64,000 bases of DNA from Armatimonadota bacterium (GTDB lineage Bacteria > Armatimonadota > SYMT01): NCBI GenBank assembly GCA_046292385.1, contig JBKBRF010000032.1:16913-80912 (forward strand). Direction: 5' to 3'. Positions within the stretch are counted from its first letter, which is position 1. Each line of letters starts with the position of its first letter. The notes under the pieces were generated by a model. The model was not told the origin of the DNA. It saw nothing but the letters and a program-made list of their open reading frames with translations, and ran no database searches. Shown piece by piece: positions 19,452 through 28,922 of this stretch. A program made the translations under genes and the position numbers.

Positions 19452-19618
19452 GTCATCCTGAACGCCAGTGAGGAGGTACGTCACTCCACTCTGCGGGAAC
19501 CCGATGAGCCCCCACGTTCGGAAGCGTCTCGCCTGGCCGACACCTCGTCACGCTGGTGCGTGCCCCGGTCTAGGACGGCTGCCGAGATTCTTCCCTGCGG
19601 TCAGAATGACGAATTCGG
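19452..19618. mobile_element. MITE/REP-like element with GTCATYCTGA terminal inverted repeats, copy 1
   Basis: Starts GTCATCCTGA, ends TCAGAATGAC(GAATTCGG); aligns along its length with reverse complement of 52538-52701. Confidence 0.7.
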
Positions 19619-19696
19619 TAACTGGGTCGCTGTTCCGCTGGAGTCGGCGCGGGGGCGGCAGCGGCGCCGCCCCCGGCTGTCGTGTCCCGTCTCTGT

Positions 19697-21022
19697 CTAC
19701 TGCACCACGCGGATCGAGTTGACGAACTCGCCCTCCCCCTCCCGCTCCGGGTTGGCGGGGTCGACCATCCACCGGCCGTCGACCACGAACTTGTAGGCGT
19801 GGCGGCCCGGCTCGACCAGCACCTCGGCGGTCCAGGCGTCGCCCTTCCGGACGAGGGGGGACAGCTCCGGGGTCCAGGAGTTGAACGTCCCGGCCACGCG
19901 GACCTCCCGGGCTTCCGGATAGCCTTCCAGGCGGAAGGTGACCTTCTTGAGCGCGGGGGCGCTTCGCTCCACCTCGGCCAGGAGATTCTGCGTCCACTCC
20001 TTGCGAGGACCCGCCTCCATCGCCTCGACCACCTTCCGCAGGGCCAGCGTGTGGGCGCGGTGGAGCGCGGCGGCGACCGGCACCTCGACGTCCGGCTTCA
20101 CGCCGACGCCTTCCCAGTTCGTCTTGCTGATCGGGTTGATGGCGCGCCCCACCGGCACCCAGACGGTGAAGTGGTCGTCCGCGCGGCGGTCTCCGCCCGG
20201 GTTCGCGCCGCCGCCGGTCGTCTCTCCCACCACCACGGCGCGCTTCAGGTTCTGGAGGTCGTAGGCCAGCTCTTCCGCGCCGGAGAAGGTGGCGGGGCTG
20301 GTGAGGATGTAGATCGGCTTCCCCAGGTACCGCTTGCCCGGCACGTGCGCCCAGGTCCAGAACTGCCGCATGGTGTTCTCCGGCCGCCAATAGATGTCGT
20401 TCAGGTGGGTCGGCTTCTCGAAGAAGTAGGTGCAGAGCATCGGGATCGCATCCGGAGAGATGCTCCCGCCGCAGCGGCGGAGGTCGATGATCAGCGCGTC
20501 GGTGTTCGTGAGGTAGGTCATCGCCGCCGCGTAGGTCTCCGCGGCCACCTCCGGCGGCGCCAGCAGCCGGAAGCTCAGGTAGCCGACGTTGCCCTTCAGG
20601 ATGTCGAGCTTCTCCAGCCCGAAGTTGTCCCGGGCCATCTGCTTCCGCAGCTCCTCGGCCATCTCCGGCGTCAGGCTGTCCGGCCGCTCCGGCTCCGGCG
20701 GCAGCACCTCCGCGGAGTAGCCGACCCGCACATGCTTGTCATTGCTCACGGCGCGGAGGTCCGCCGTCAGCGCCTGCGCGAGGCCGGGGCCGTCGAGCTT
20801 GTCGTAAGCGCCGTTCGCGGCGCGCTCCCGCACTGACTTCTCCATCTTCTCCGCGACTTCCGGAAAGACGTAGCCCTCGCGCAGCCGGAGCAGCACGCCG
20901 TCGATGGCGCGGGCGCGGGCGGCGGCATCGAGCGGGGCGGGGGTCTCCCCCTGGGCGTAAGCGCCGCCTCCCGCCGCGAGGGCGGTGGAGACGGCCAGGA
21001 GCCATGCGTATCGCGCTTTCAT
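19697..21022 (-). CDS. Secreted S41-family peptidase (IRBP-like) with C-terminal AMPK/CBM48-like glycogen-binding domain
   Basis: Signal peptide; DKHVRV, GNVGYL, IIDLRRCGG, TFSGAEE, VGETTGGG, WEGVGVKPD; C-term VRVAGTFNSW..YKFVVDGRW..DPANP. Confidence 0.88.
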   Translation of the reverse strand: MKARYAWLLAVSTALAAGGGAYAQGETPAPLDAAARARAIDGVLLRLREGYVFPEVAEKMEKSVRERAANGAYDKLDGPGLAQALTADLRAVSNDKHVRVGYSAEVLPPEPERPDSLTPEMAEELRKQMARDNFGLEKLDILKGNVGYLSFRLLAPPEVAAETYAAAMTYLTNTDALIIDLRRCGGSISPDAIPMLCTYFFEKPTHLNDIYWRPENTMRQFWTWAHVPGKRYLGKPIYILTSPATFSGAEELAYDLQNLKRAVVVGETTGGGANPGGDRRADDHFTVWVPVGRAINPISKTNWEGVGVKPDVEVPVAAALHRAHTLALRKVVEAMEAGPRKEWTQNLLAEVERSAPALKKVTFRLEGYPEAREVRVAGTFNSWTPELSPLVRKGDAWTAEVLVEPGRHAYKFVVDGRWMVDPANPEREGEGEFVNSIRVVQ

Positions 21023-21074
21023 CGCTTCTCTCTCCGTTGAGTGGACTGCAAACCGTTTGCGGGGTTGACCGCGA

Positions 21075-21623
21075 CTAAGGCGTCAGCGGCGGATCTTCGC
21101 GGTCCGGGATCATCAGGTGCGCGAAGACGAGCCGGCGGCGGTCGCCTCCCGGCTCCTGCGCCCCCCATCGCTCCAGGAGCTCGCGCAGCTCCTCCATGAA
21201 CTCCCGGTACTCCCCGGGGCTCAGGTGGAGTGAGCCCATCAGGGCGTGGAACGGGTCGTGAGCTGGATCGGTACCCTCCTGTGCGAGATAGCTGCGGAAG
21301 AGCTCCGCCAGCAGGTTCTGAAAGGTCCCGAAGTGGCCCAGGTGCTCGGCGGCGGAGATCCCCCCCGTGTCGTCCGGTCCGATGCGCGTCTCGCCCGTGC
21401 GGACGGCGTACACCCTGGTCAGCGCGCCGTTGACCCGCACCTCCTCCACCGGCTCCACGATCCCGCCTTCCACCAGCAGGCGCAGGTGGCGGTAGATCGA
21501 GGAGAGCGCCACGTCCGGCAGCAGATGCCCGATCTGGTAGGTCGTGAGCCGCCTCCCCATCAACGCCGTGAGGATGCGGGAGCGGACCGGATGGCTGATG
21601 AGAGTGGCTCTACGACTGGACAT
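21075..21623 (-). CDS. ArsR-like winged helix-turn-helix transcriptional regulator
   Basis: HPVRSRIL..LTT.QI..LPDV..SSIYRHL..L..GGIV..VEE.RV.G..TRVY. Confidence 0.85.
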   Translation of the reverse strand: MSSRRATLISHPVRSRILTALMGRRLTTYQIGHLLPDVALSSIYRHLRLLVEGGIVEPVEEVRVNGALTRVYAVRTGETRIGPDDTGGISAAEHLGHFGTFQNLLAELFRSYLAQEGTDPAHDPFHALMGSLHLSPGEYREFMEELRELLERWGAQEPGGDRRRLVFAHLMIPDREDPPLTP

Positions 21624-21644
21624 GCTGCGGCTGTACGGAGAGTG

Positions 21645-21660
21645 TTCTCATTATTGAGAA
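21645..21660. promoter_or_regulatory. Inverted repeat operator candidate TTCTCA-TTAT-TGAGAA
   Basis: Perfect 6-4-6 AT-rich palindrome 21 bp upstream of HTH gene start. Confidence 0.55.
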
Positions 21661-21894
21661 TAATAATAGGACGGGGTGGTACCGACAACCCCCTGTGGGG
21701 AGAACAAAGGAGAATTCTTCGCGGGGCCTTGGAAACGAGGGGGGAGAGCCCCGGAAGAGCTCCCCCACCCTTCTGTACTACTTACTACGAGAATCTTGCC
21801 GGGAGGCGCAGATCCGCCGGCGGTCATCGCGCGTGGGCCGTGCGAAGCGGGAGGGGCCAGTCTTGAGGCGTCTTTGCTTCTCTTTAAGATGCAG

Positions 21895-22508
21895 CATCGA
21901 TCCCGCGATCCGACCCCGCGCCCTTGTGCCGGGAGGCAGCCCTCCCGCGACGCAGGCCCTCCGCGGCCCTTTCACACTCCGCTGCGCTCCGTTGGCAGGC
22001 AGCTGCGGGAGCTCCCGTCGAGAAGCTCTTCCCGCGCCAGGAAGCGTAACCCGTGCCGGCAGGGGAGCTCACGGGCTGCCTCCCGACCCTTCGAGCTACC
22101 ACCCCTCCGCCCAGGGGTGGTCACAACTGGCGCCCTCCGGGCGCCTCGGGTCTGGGCACGGTCGGCCGCCGGCGGGCTACCGCGAGCCGGTCCAGCACGC
22201 CTGGGCTTCGCGCCCACGGGGCGTCGGGATCTGCGAAGCCCGGAAGCGCTGCCGGAGGCAGAGCTGGAGGGGTTCACCTGTGACCACCCCTGGTAGGGGT
22301 GGTCGCTTGAGCCGCCCGGAGCGGCCCGTGAGTCGTCATCTCGCTGCAGGCGCCGGCTGCGGACGCGGAACGCAGCCAACCGATGGGCACGCCCGCAGCG
22401 CCCGCTAGCGGAGGCGCAGCCGGAGCGTGAAAGGGCCGCGGAGGGGCCACCCACGCGCGAGGGCCGCTCCGGGTGGTGAGGGCGCGGGGTGGACTCTCGG
22501 AGCGATGA
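21895..22508. repeat. Long imperfect fold-back palindrome (~250 bp arms)
   Basis: 21955-22020 pairs with 22381-22448; 22068-22124 pairs with 22280-22332; ACCCCGCGCCCT (21914) pairs with AGGGCGCGGGGT (22479). Confidence 0.8.
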
Positions 22509-22586
22509 CGGCCTCGACGAGAGAATCCTGACTTTCGCCGCCTTGAGTTCGGTTGCGGCATCAGCCGAGCCGTGCAGGCTGGCTTG

Positions 22587-24023
22587 CTAGAGCCCGATCG
22601 AGACGTACTTCGTCTCCAGGTATGCTTCCAGGCCTTCGCGGCTGCCCTCGCGGCCGACGCCGCTCTCCTTCATGCCTCCGAACGGCGCCTGTGCGGTGGC
22701 GGGGACGGTGTCGTTGACGCCGATGATCCCGTACTCCAGCCCCTCCGCCATGCGGATGGCGGTGCCGAGGTCGTTCGTCATCACGTAGGCGGCCAGGCCG
22801 TAGGTGGGATGGTTCGCCTGCCGGATCACCTCGTCGAGGTTGTCGAAGTCCATGATCGGCATGATCGGGCCGAACGTCTCCTCACAGGTCAGGCGCATGT
22901 CGGGGTTGATGTCGGTCAGGACGGTCGGCTCCCACCAGTAGCCCTTCTGGAACCGCTCCGGGCGCTTGCCGCCGGTGAGGACGCGAGCGCCGTGGGCCTT
23001 CGCGTCCTCGATGAAGCCGATCGTGTTCTCCAGCGACCGCTGCTCGAAGAGCGGGCCGATGTCGGTCCCCTCTTCCCAGCCGTAGCCGAGCTTCAGATTG
23101 CGGGTGTGCTCCACCGCCGCCTCGGTGAACTCCTTCCGGATCGCCTGGTGGACGTAGATCCGCGTCGGCGAGATGCAGACCTGGCCGTTGTTGCGGAACT
23201 TGCCGATGGCGGTCACCTTCGCCGCCTGCTCCGGGCTCACGTCCGGAAAGATCACCACCGGCGCGTGCCCGCCCAGCTCCAGGGAGATCCGCTTCATCTG
23301 GTCTGCGGCCTGCCGGGCGAGCTGCTTGCCGACCTCCGTCGACCCGGTGAAGCTGATCTTCCGGATGATCCGGTTCTCCATGATCTCCGGGGTGAAGTCG
23401 CCCGGCGCGGCGAGCACCAGGTTGGCGACCCCCGCCGGCACTCCGGCGTCCTCCAGGCACTGGAAGAGGAGCATGGTGGCGAGCGGCGTCTGGCTGGCGG
23501 GCCGCGCCACGATGGTGCAGCCGGCCGCCAGCGCGGGGGCGATCTTCCGCGCCTGCAGGAGCACCGGGAAGTTCCACGGGGCGATCGAGGCGACCGGTCC
23601 CACCGGGTGCTTCAGGGTCCAGTGTCGCTTGTTCGGCAGGTTCTGCGGGATGATCTGGCCGTAGGCGCGCTTGCACTCCTCCGCCATCCACTCGAAGTTG
23701 GCGGCGCTCTGCGCCATCTCCGCGCGGGACTCCGGCAGCGTCTTCCCCTGCTCGCGGGTGAGCTGCTGCGCCATCGGCTCCGTCCGCTCGCGGATCAGCT
23801 CCGCCACCCGCTTCAGGATCGCCGCGCGCTCGTAGGCGGTCGTCTTCGACCACGTCTCGAACGCCGCCCCCGCCGCTTCCACCGCCTCCCGCACGTCCTC
23901 GCGACCGCCGTACGGCACGTCGAGGATCACCTCTTCGGTCGCCGGGTTGATGATTCCGAGGGTCTTCCCGGAGCGCGCGGCCGTCCACCGGCCGTTGATG
24001 TACATCTGCATTCGGTCTGCCAT
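22587..24023 (-). CDS. gabD: NAD(P)-dependent succinate-semialdehyde dehydrogenase-like aldehyde dehydrogenase
   Basis: PWNFP, FTGSTEVG, LELGGHAP, FRNNGQVC, EETFGP, PFGGMKESGVGREG; SD GGAGG before ATG 24023. Confidence 0.85.
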   Translation of the reverse strand: MADRMQMYINGRWTAARSGKTLGIINPATEEVILDVPYGGREDVREAVEAAGAAFETWSKTTAYERAAILKRVAELIRERTEPMAQQLTREQGKTLPESRAEMAQSAANFEWMAEECKRAYGQIIPQNLPNKRHWTLKHPVGPVASIAPWNFPVLLQARKIAPALAAGCTIVARPASQTPLATMLLFQCLEDAGVPAGVANLVLAAPGDFTPEIMENRIIRKISFTGSTEVGKQLARQAADQMKRISLELGGHAPVVIFPDVSPEQAAKVTAIGKFRNNGQVCISPTRIYVHQAIRKEFTEAAVEHTRNLKLGYGWEEGTDIGPLFEQRSLENTIGFIEDAKAHGARVLTGGKRPERFQKGYWWEPTVLTDINPDMRLTCEETFGPIMPIMDFDNLDEVIRQANHPTYGLAAYVMTNDLGTAIRMAEGLEYGIIGVNDTVPATAQAPFGGMKESGVGREGSREGLEAYLETKYVSIGL

Positions 24024-24177
24024 GGGAGCCTCCACCTGAAAACACCGCGAAGCGGTCCTGAAGGGCCATTTACCGTGGATGGACGAGGGTCCTCGGCAAT
24101 CTGTTCGGAAGGAGAGCCGGGCCTCGAGCGCCAACGGGGGGCGTGAGAGGGAGAGGCTTGCTCGGAGGGAGAGCCAC

Positions 24178-24528
24178 GTGGACACGGATGAGAACCGATA
24201 CCGCGCGCGGATGCGGCAGCACTGCGCGGCGAAGCCGGACGCGGTGGAAGACCACCCGTGGGGGCCGGACGACAGCGTCTACAAGATCCGCGGCAAAGGC
24301 TTTGCCTTCATCGGGCCGCCGGACCGCGCGACGGTGAGCGTCAAGCCGCACCCGGACGAGCGCGAGGCGCTGCTCGCCCTCCCCTGCGTGCAGCCCGCCC
24401 CGTACATCGGCCGCTACGGCTGGGTGCTCGTCACCGTCTCCGATGAGGACTCCCTGGCACTCGCACTGGAGCAGATCGACTACACCTACGACCAGCTTGC
24501 CGCCCGGGGGCGGAAGTCGAAGAAGTAG
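24178..24528 (+). CDS. MmcQ/YjbR-family protein
   Basis: EDHPWGPD..VYKIRGKGFAF..SVK..PAPYIGRYGWV..SY-like ending; GTG start after GGAGGGA. Confidence 0.85.
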   Translation: MDTDENRYRARMRQHCAAKPDAVEDHPWGPDDSVYKIRGKGFAFIGPPDRATVSVKPHPDEREALLALPCVQPAPYIGRYGWVLVTVSDEDSLALALEQIDYTYDQLAARGRKSKK

Positions 24529-24570
24529 AGGAAGCAGCAGCGCGCGCTCCGAACGCGATACCAAACGCGA

Positions 24571-24822
24571 TCCGAACGAACGCGAAGGCGCGAAGTGAGG
24601 GAAGAACGCGAAGGGAACCTGGGCACGCCTGCACGCGAGGACCAATGGGAGCGAGGTGATCGCCGCACTCCGCGAGCCCGCGCTCGAGTAAACTCGGCGC
24701 TACTGAGAGCGAAGCCCGCCTTCACGGGCTGCCGAACCCGGTGAAACGGAGAGCCGGGATTAATCACTCTGGGTTCCGTTCGCGTCCTTCGCGTGAGCTT
24801 CGCGCCTTCGCGTTCGTTCGGA
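24571..24822. repeat. MITE-like element bounded by 25 bp perfect inverted repeats
   Basis: TCCGAACGAACGCGAAGGCGCGAAG (24571-24595) equals reverse complement of 24798-24822; imperfect pairing continues ~25 bp inward. Confidence 0.75.
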
Positions 24823-24852
24823 GAGCTCGGAGAGATCCCCCTGGAGGAGCGT

Positions 24853-26208
24853 ATGTCGATGAACCGTCGCACCGTACTCATGGGAGCCGCCGCCGGACTG
24901 GGCGCCGCGGCGCTGCAGCGCGCCGCCGCCTCGCAGCCGGCCCCGGGCACACCGGGCACCGTTCCCACGCCGGCGCCGCGCATCGCGCGGTTTGAGCGGA
25001 TGGGGTTCGGGATGTTCGTCCACTGGGGCCTCTACTCGCAGCTCGGTCGCGGAGAGTGGGCGAAGCACTTCCAGAAGCTGCCGACCGACGAGTACATGAA
25101 GCTCATGAAGACCTTCACGGCGAAGGACTTCCGGGGCCGCGACTACGCGCGGCTGGCGAAGCAGGCGGGGATGAAGTACATCACCCTCACCAGCCGCCAC
25201 CACGACGGCTTCTCCCTGTACGACACCCGCGGCCTCTCCCCGTACGACGTCACCCACACCCCGGCGAAGCGCGACCTGGTGCGCGACTTCGTGGAGGGCT
25301 GCCGCGCGGAGGGCGTCATGCCGATGCTCTACCACACCACGCTCGACTGGACCGAGCCGCGCTTCGAGAAAGACTTTCCCGCCTATCTCCAGTACCTCCG
25401 GGACAGCATCGAGCTGCTCTGCACGCGGTACGGCAAGCTGGGCGGCCTCTGGTTCGACGGCAACTGGAGCAAGCAGAACACGGACTGGCAGGAGAGCCAG
25501 CTCTACGCCCTCATCCGCAAGCACCAGCCGGAGGCGCTGATCATCAACAACACCGGCATCAGCGAGGGCGGACGCGTGGGGCACCCGGAGATCGACAGCG
25601 TCACCTTCGAGCGCGGCCGGCCGAAGCCGCTCGACCGGCGCGGTCACCCGAAGTACGTGGCGGCCGAGATGTGCCACACGATGAACTTCCACTGGGGCCT
25701 CGCGCAGAACGACTTCAACATGCTCTCCCCCGCGCACGTGATCGAGGAGCTCTGCCTCGCCCGCCGCGCCGGCGCCAACCTGCTGATGAACCTGGGGCCG
25801 GAGGCGCAGGGCAAGCTGCCGGAGTACGAGTCGGCCGCGTTCCGGCGGGTCGGCGAGTGGATCCGCCTCCACGGCGGCGACGCGGGCCCGATCTACCAGG
25901 GACGCGCCACCCGCATCTCCGGCGACGGCGACGACTTTGCCCTGGAGCTGGACGGCGACCTCTACCTCTTCGTGCTGCATCTCACCGCTACGGCCAATAC
26001 CCAGGCGCACGACTCCGGCGCGCGCGGCCCGGGCAAGCGGACCTTTCGCGGCGTGGAAGGCAGCTACGGCTCGGCCGAGTGGATCGACAACGGGGAGAAG
26101 CTGAAGCTGGAGCAGGATTCCGGCGCGAAGCAGCTCACGCTCCACGCCACCGCCTACCCCTACGGCACCAACACCGTCGTCCGTGTGGCGCGCCTCCGCA
26201 AGAGTTAG
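24853..26208 (+). CDS. Alpha-L-fucosidase (GH29) with Tat signal peptide
   Basis: NRRTVL Tat motif; FGMFVHWGLYS, AGMKY..TSRHHDGF, LWFDGNW, NLLMNLGP; SD GGAGGAG. Confidence 0.92.
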   Translation: MSMNRRTVLMGAAAGLGAAALQRAAASQPAPGTPGTVPTPAPRIARFERMGFGMFVHWGLYSQLGRGEWAKHFQKLPTDEYMKLMKTFTAKDFRGRDYARLAKQAGMKYITLTSRHHDGFSLYDTRGLSPYDVTHTPAKRDLVRDFVEGCRAEGVMPMLYHTTLDWTEPRFEKDFPAYLQYLRDSIELLCTRYGKLGGLWFDGNWSKQNTDWQESQLYALIRKHQPEALIINNTGISEGGRVGHPEIDSVTFERGRPKPLDRRGHPKYVAAEMCHTMNFHWGLAQNDFNMLSPAHVIEELCLARRAGANLLMNLGPEAQGKLPEYESAAFRRVGEWIRLHGGDAGPIYQGRATRISGDGDDFALELDGDLYLFVLHLTATANTQAHDSGARGPGKRTFRGVEGSYGSAEWIDNGEKLKLEQDSGAKQLTLHATAYPYGTNTVVRVARLRKS

Positions 26209-26238
26209 CTGCGGCGCGCACTCTTCGGCTCCCTCACG

Positions 26239-27978
26239 CTACCGGCTCCGGTTGGCGGCGAGCGTGAGGGGCGCCAGTAGCAGCCGCGCGAGCGGTACGA
26301 AGAGCGCGGCGAGGGTGAAGAGGTACGGGGGCGTGCGGAGCCCGGAGGGTGCCGCGCCGGTGAGGAACGGCGCGTAGACCCCGGTGAAGAACGCCGCGGG
26401 GCGGCTCCATTCCGCATTCTCGGCAATCCAGGTCAGGCCGGCGCCGAGCGCGACCACCACCACGATCCACGCGCCTCCGGCGAGCAGCAGCGCCCGCCGG
26501 CTGAGCAGCTCCTCCCGCCGTAGCCGGCAGCCGGCCCAGGCGGCGAGGGCGAGCTTGAGGGCGAGTCCCGCGCCAAGCAGCCACGGCAGCTCCTGCGGGA
26601 GCGCGGCGTACTGGGGGTCGACCTCCCGCGCCTGTCCCAGCGAGTTGACGACCCACAGGAACGCTGCCACCGTGAGCGAGTGCGCCAGCAGCGGCGTGCC
26701 GTACACCAGGGCCGGCTTGCCGCTCACGTCGGCGAAGAGGCCCTGCACCAGGTTCTTCCAGGTCCAGAACACGAGCGCCGCCACCAGGAGACACAGCAGC
26801 AAGCCGGTTCTCGCATCTCCGTAGCGGGCCATAAGGAGCGCGAGCGGCGCCGTCTCGCCGCGATCGACCGCCGGGAGCAGCAGCCAGGCCGAGAAGACGG
26901 CGAGCGCGATCAGCCAGGCCAGGGCGGTGCTTCCGGCCGCGATCCAGAGGCGCGCCGCGATGAAGCGGCCGGTTTCCAGCGGACGCGCGGCGATCAGCGG
27001 ATGCAGCGACAGCTCGTGTCGCCGCGTGTCCCACTTCCTCCGCCCGCACCCGATAATCGCGGCGAGCAGGGGCGGCCAGAGGAGCGAGGAGAAGAGCAGC
27101 GAGAGCCAGAGGTTGACCTGGATGTTGCCGAACTCGGACCGGGGCGGGTTCGGCTCCAGGGGGACGCGGTCGGCAACCCACAGGAACGGGACGGAGAGCA
27201 GCGCCAGGACCAGGCCGGTGAAGGCGGGCAGGGTGAGGCCGTGAGCGCGCCACTCGAGCCAGAGCTGGGCCCGCAAGGCGGAGGCGAAGGGCGCGCTCCC
27301 TCTGGCGACGCGGCTGCTGGGCCGGAGCCGCGGCGACCGCCACGCGGGCACCTCCCCGCGGCGGGAGAGGGCGAGCGCGCGGGTCGCCGCTGCGGACGCC
27401 GCCGCGGCGGCGCCCAGGTAGGCGGCAGCCAGAGCGACCGCCGGCACTCCGCTCGCATCCGCGATGACCCCGGCGGAGACCATCACCGGGAGAACGACCG
27501 CGGCGGTGACGGCACGGACGTACGGCACGCCCGGCGACCACCAGAGGATCGCCTGCAGCGCCGCCGCCATCGCGCACAGCAGACACGCCGGCCAGAGCAG
27601 CGGCGCCTGGACGCCGAGGGGACGAAGCACCAGGAGTGCCGGCGCCACCCAGCAGAGCGCGGCGATCGCCATTCCGGAGAGCAGCGGCCACAGGACCAGC
27701 CGCCCGGTAGAGACCGGCAGGATCAGCAGGTGCGGCGGAAAGCTGGAGCCCGGCCCCAGCACGTCTCCCTCCGGGAAGGCCGCCGCCGCGATCAGGAAGA
27801 CGGAGCTGAACGCGAGTGGAATGGCGAGCATGAACAGCAGCTCCCGGTGGGCCGCGGCGCCGGGAAGGCGGGCCGCCGCCCCGAGGAGGAGCAGGTACCC
27901 GAGGACCGCCGCCGCGAACCCGCGGTACCGGGAGAGGCTGTGGAGGCAGAGCGTCAGCGAAGCGGAGCTCGGGATCAT
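26239..27978 (-). CDS. Multi-pass membrane protein, probable ABC exporter permease
   Basis: Many TM segments, two similar halves with LPVS/RPLE loops; 4 bp overlap with upstream ABC ATPase. Confidence 0.75.
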   Translation of the reverse strand: MIPSSASLTLCLHSLSRYRGFAAAVLGYLLLLGAAARLPGAAAHRELLFMLAIPLAFSSVFLIAAAAFPEGDVLGPGSSFPPHLLILPVSTGRLVLWPLLSGMAIAALCWVAPALLVLRPLGVQAPLLWPACLLCAMAAALQAILWWSPGVPYVRAVTAAVVLPVMVSAGVIADASGVPAVALAAAYLGAAAAASAAATRALALSRRGEVPAWRSPRLRPSSRVARGSAPFASALRAQLWLEWRAHGLTLPAFTGLVLALLSVPFLWVADRVPLEPNPPRSEFGNIQVNLWLSLLFSSLLWPPLLAAIIGCGRRKWDTRRHELSLHPLIAARPLETGRFIAARLWIAAGSTALAWLIALAVFSAWLLLPAVDRGETAPLALLMARYGDARTGLLLCLLVAALVFWTWKNLVQGLFADVSGKPALVYGTPLLAHSLTVAAFLWVVNSLGQAREVDPQYAALPQELPWLLGAGLALKLALAAWAGCRLRREELLSRRALLLAGGAWIVVVVALGAGLTWIAENAEWSRPAAFFTGVYAPFLTGAAPSGLRTPPYLFTLAALFVPLARLLLAPLTLAANRSR

Positions 27979-28922
27979 GACGGAGCCTCCGCGTACGACG
28001 GTGCGGCCGAATAGGCGACGAAGATCTCGTCGAGCGATGGCTGGTCGTGATGAACCACCCGGCCCCCGAGGAGCGCCGCCTCCGCCTCCGCCGGGGCGAT
28101 TCCGCAGCGGCAGATCGCCGTCCACTCCCGCCCCGAGCCGTCCCAGCGCAGCGCGGAGGCCAGGGCCGGGGCCGTCGGCCGCGGCTCCGGGAAGCGGAGC
28201 GTTACACGGCAGTGCACTTCCTGAACCTCGTCCAGCGGAGCGCAGAAGAGGATCCGCCCGTGCCGGACCATGGCGATCGAGTCCGCTACCCGCTCCACCT
28301 CGCTCAGCAGGTGCGAGGAAAAGAGGACGGTCCGCCCCTCGTCGGCGACGCTCCGGATGATCGCCGTGAGGATGTCCCGCCGCGCGATCGGGTCGAGACC
28401 GGAGGACGGCTCATCCAGCACCAGCAGCTCCGGGCGATAGGCGAGCGCCGCCATCAGCCCCGCCCGGGCCCGCTGCCCCTTGGAGAGGGTCCGGATGGCG
28501 GCGCCGGCGTCGAGTCCGAACTCCTGCCGGAGGCGCTCCGCCAGGCAATCGTCCCACGTCGGGTAGAACGCGCGCGTGTACCGCATCAGCTCGCCCACCC
28601 GCATCCAGCCGGGGAGATCGGCGTCTTCCTGGAGATAGCCGATCCGGGAGAGGACCCCCTCCGGATCGGTCACCGGGTCGCGGCCGAAGACGCGCACCGA
28701 GCCCTGCTGGGCCCGCAGCAGACCCAGGAGGTGACGGATGAGCGTCGTCTTTCCCGCCCCGTTCTCTCCCACCAACCCCATCACGGTGCCGCGTGGGATG
28801 GTGAGGTCGACCGCGTCGAGTGCAACGCGGCTTCCGAACCGCCGGGTCAACCCGCGGATCTCGACCACCGGCTCCTCCACCGCGCCGGCGGGTGCCGCCT
28901 GCCGCTCCAGGAGCTGGCTCAT
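27975..28922 (-). CDS. ABC transporter ATP-binding protein (YtrB-like)
   Basis: GENGAGKTT Walker A, LSKGQ signature, LVLDEPSSGLD, FSSH. Confidence 0.95.
   Translation of the reverse strand: MSQLLERQAAPAGAVEEPVVEIRGLTRRFGSRVALDAVDLTIPRGTVMGLVGENGAGKTTLIRHLLGLLRAQQGSVRVFGRDPVTDPEGVLSRIGYLQEDADLPGWMRVGELMRYTRAFYPTWDDCLAERLRQEFGLDAGAAIRTLSKGQRARAGLMAALAYRPELLVLDEPSSGLDPIARRDILTAIIRSVADEGRTVLFSSHLLSEVERVADSIAMVRHGRILFCAPLDEVQEVHCRVTLRFPEPRPTAPALASALRWDGSGREWTAICRCGIAPAEAEAALLGGRVVHHDQPSLDEIFVAYSAAPSYAEAPS

Noticed and set aside
21048..21060. GCAAACCGTTTGC palindrome as a LexA box
   Set aside because: Half-sites are separated by 1 nt, not 4; kept only as an unassigned palindrome
21673..21684. GGGGTGGTACCG resembling a T-box antiterminator
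   Set aside because: No stem I/specifier features and no amino-acid-related gene downstream on that strand
21676..22561. Overlapping ORFs of 65-237 aa across the fold-back region
   Set aside because: Arg/Pro/Gly-rich, no codon bias or motifs; better explained by the palindrome
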